From the NCBI RefSeq assembly GCF_009914755.1, contig NC_060925.1: DNA of 64,000 nt; one strand, given 5' to 3'. The stretch is from the human T2T-CHM13v2.0 reference genome, Homo sapiens. The notes under the pieces are model-generated. The model saw only the letters and a program-made list of their open reading frames with translations. It was not told the origin of the DNA and did not search any database. Shown piece by piece: positions 58,020-64,000 of the stretch (the stretch's first letter is position 1; each line of letters opens with the position of its first letter). The translations under genes and the position numbers were made by a program.

Positions 58020-59360
58020 TTAAGTTAATACAGCAGAGCATCATGGTCTTTCAACCAGTTTCTAGACCTATCATAATTCACAGAACCATGGCCCTCAATT
58101 GAAAGGGAGTTCAAGACTTCTTGGGGAAGTATCACTGATGCAAGCACACACTGTAAATCTTCCACCAAAACTTCCCCCAAAAGGATCTGTGGCCGTATAC
58201 TAGAGGTATATACATATACTCCATTGAGAAGTAGAAAATACTCAGACATTTCAGAATAACTTGACCTTGTCCCTGAATTGATGCTAATATCTCAAAACCC
58301 AAAATGTGACTGTGGCCCACCAAGCAAAATGAAGGCTTACAATGGTCACATGAGCAAAATGGCATGTTCTATAGATGCCAGTTAGCTTCTTTCCCCAGAC
58401 ACTTTGCTTATACAAAGGTCTGATAAACAAAATGGCCACGTTAGCAGGGACAGAGACTACACATGGATTTAACAATATGGGCTTCCCCTTACCAAGGCTG
58501 ACGCAGCTAACACTGCTGTTGAGCACATAATTTGTTGAGAATGGAGACAAATAGTAAACCCTAACTATAACACCATGCCTTGTGAAAAATGGCCTCATAG
58601 CAGGTTGATTATTTGAACATCTTTTATAATGGAAGGGGAAGAAATTTGCCTTTGCTGGAATAGGCTTGTATACTAGACATGGATTTGCTTTCCCTGCCTG
58701 TAATCCTTCTGGCAGCACCACTATCTGTGGGTGCACAGAATGCCTTAAACACCTTCATGGCATTTCCCATAGCATTGCATCTGCTCAAGGAACTAATTTA
58801 ACAATAAAGGAGATACAGCAATGGGTTCACGTCCATGGAATAAACTTGTCTTACCACATGCTTTATTGTCCAAAAATAGCTTATGTACTTGAAAAATGAA
58901 TGGCATACTAAAGACTTAGTTACAACACTAGTTGGGAAATATCTTGAAATTATAGAGTTCTGTTTTATAGAATGTAGTGTATGTTTTGAATCATACTGTT
59001 ATATAGTACTGTCACCCCATCATAGCTAAAATTCAAGGGGTCAGGAGTTAAAGGGTGGAAGTGGGAAGGATTTCTTTTATTCCTATTACTACACCTAATA
59101 ATTCACTTACAGAGTTTTTTAGCCTGTCTCAGCAACCTTGAACTCTGCTGGTTTTAGCACCCCTGGGGAAAATACTTCTACCAGAAAACATAACAATAGT
59201 CCATTTAATTGGAAGATGAGACTGCCATCTGGCCATTAGTGGCTCCATATGTCACTGAACCTACAGGCAATCTCCTGTTACAATTAATTCATTATATTAA
59301 ATTTTCATTGTTGAAATTACTATGTGATTTCTGTCTCAAGAATGGGCCATGGCTGATATA
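58020..59360 (+). mobile_element. ERV-L gag end/protease fused to integrase, then LTR41-like 3' tip
   Basis: ORF 58666 GFAFPACNPSGSTTICGCTECL..HGISHSIASAQGT ~ HERV-L IN; LTR tail at ~59272-59360. Confidence 0.85.
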
Positions 59361-59369
59361 CTGGTTTTC

Positions 59370-61290
<1,921 letters not shown>

Positions 61291-61294
61291 TGTC

Positions 61295-64000
<2,706 letters not shown>

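Overview
AT-rich primate (very probably human) genomic DNA, made mostly of layered transposable-element fossils. It holds nine Alus (J, S and Y types), L1s from L1PA2 to ancient L1M, and L2/MIR fragments. LTR elements include MaLR LTRs (THE1, MLT1), MLT2, ERV1 solo LTRs (MER51, MER66-like, LTR12C) and two decayed ERV-L proviral remnants with recognisable RT/IN motifs. There are also hAT DNA transposons. No intact protein-coding gene, RNA gene or CRISPR-like array is supported, and most listed ORFs are repeat-derived or chance. Subfamily names come from remembered consensus sequences, not a search. I cannot support a new biological system. The best lead is a putative spliced exon pair in unique sequence (50396-50419 + 51001-51190) that reads like the start of a disabled membrane-protein gene or a small spliced ORF. 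Other items of note are a scrambled ERV-L (57230-59360), three dispersed local duplications that look like templated insertions, a twin-primed mini-L1, and an LTR12C nested in an orphan L1 promoter.
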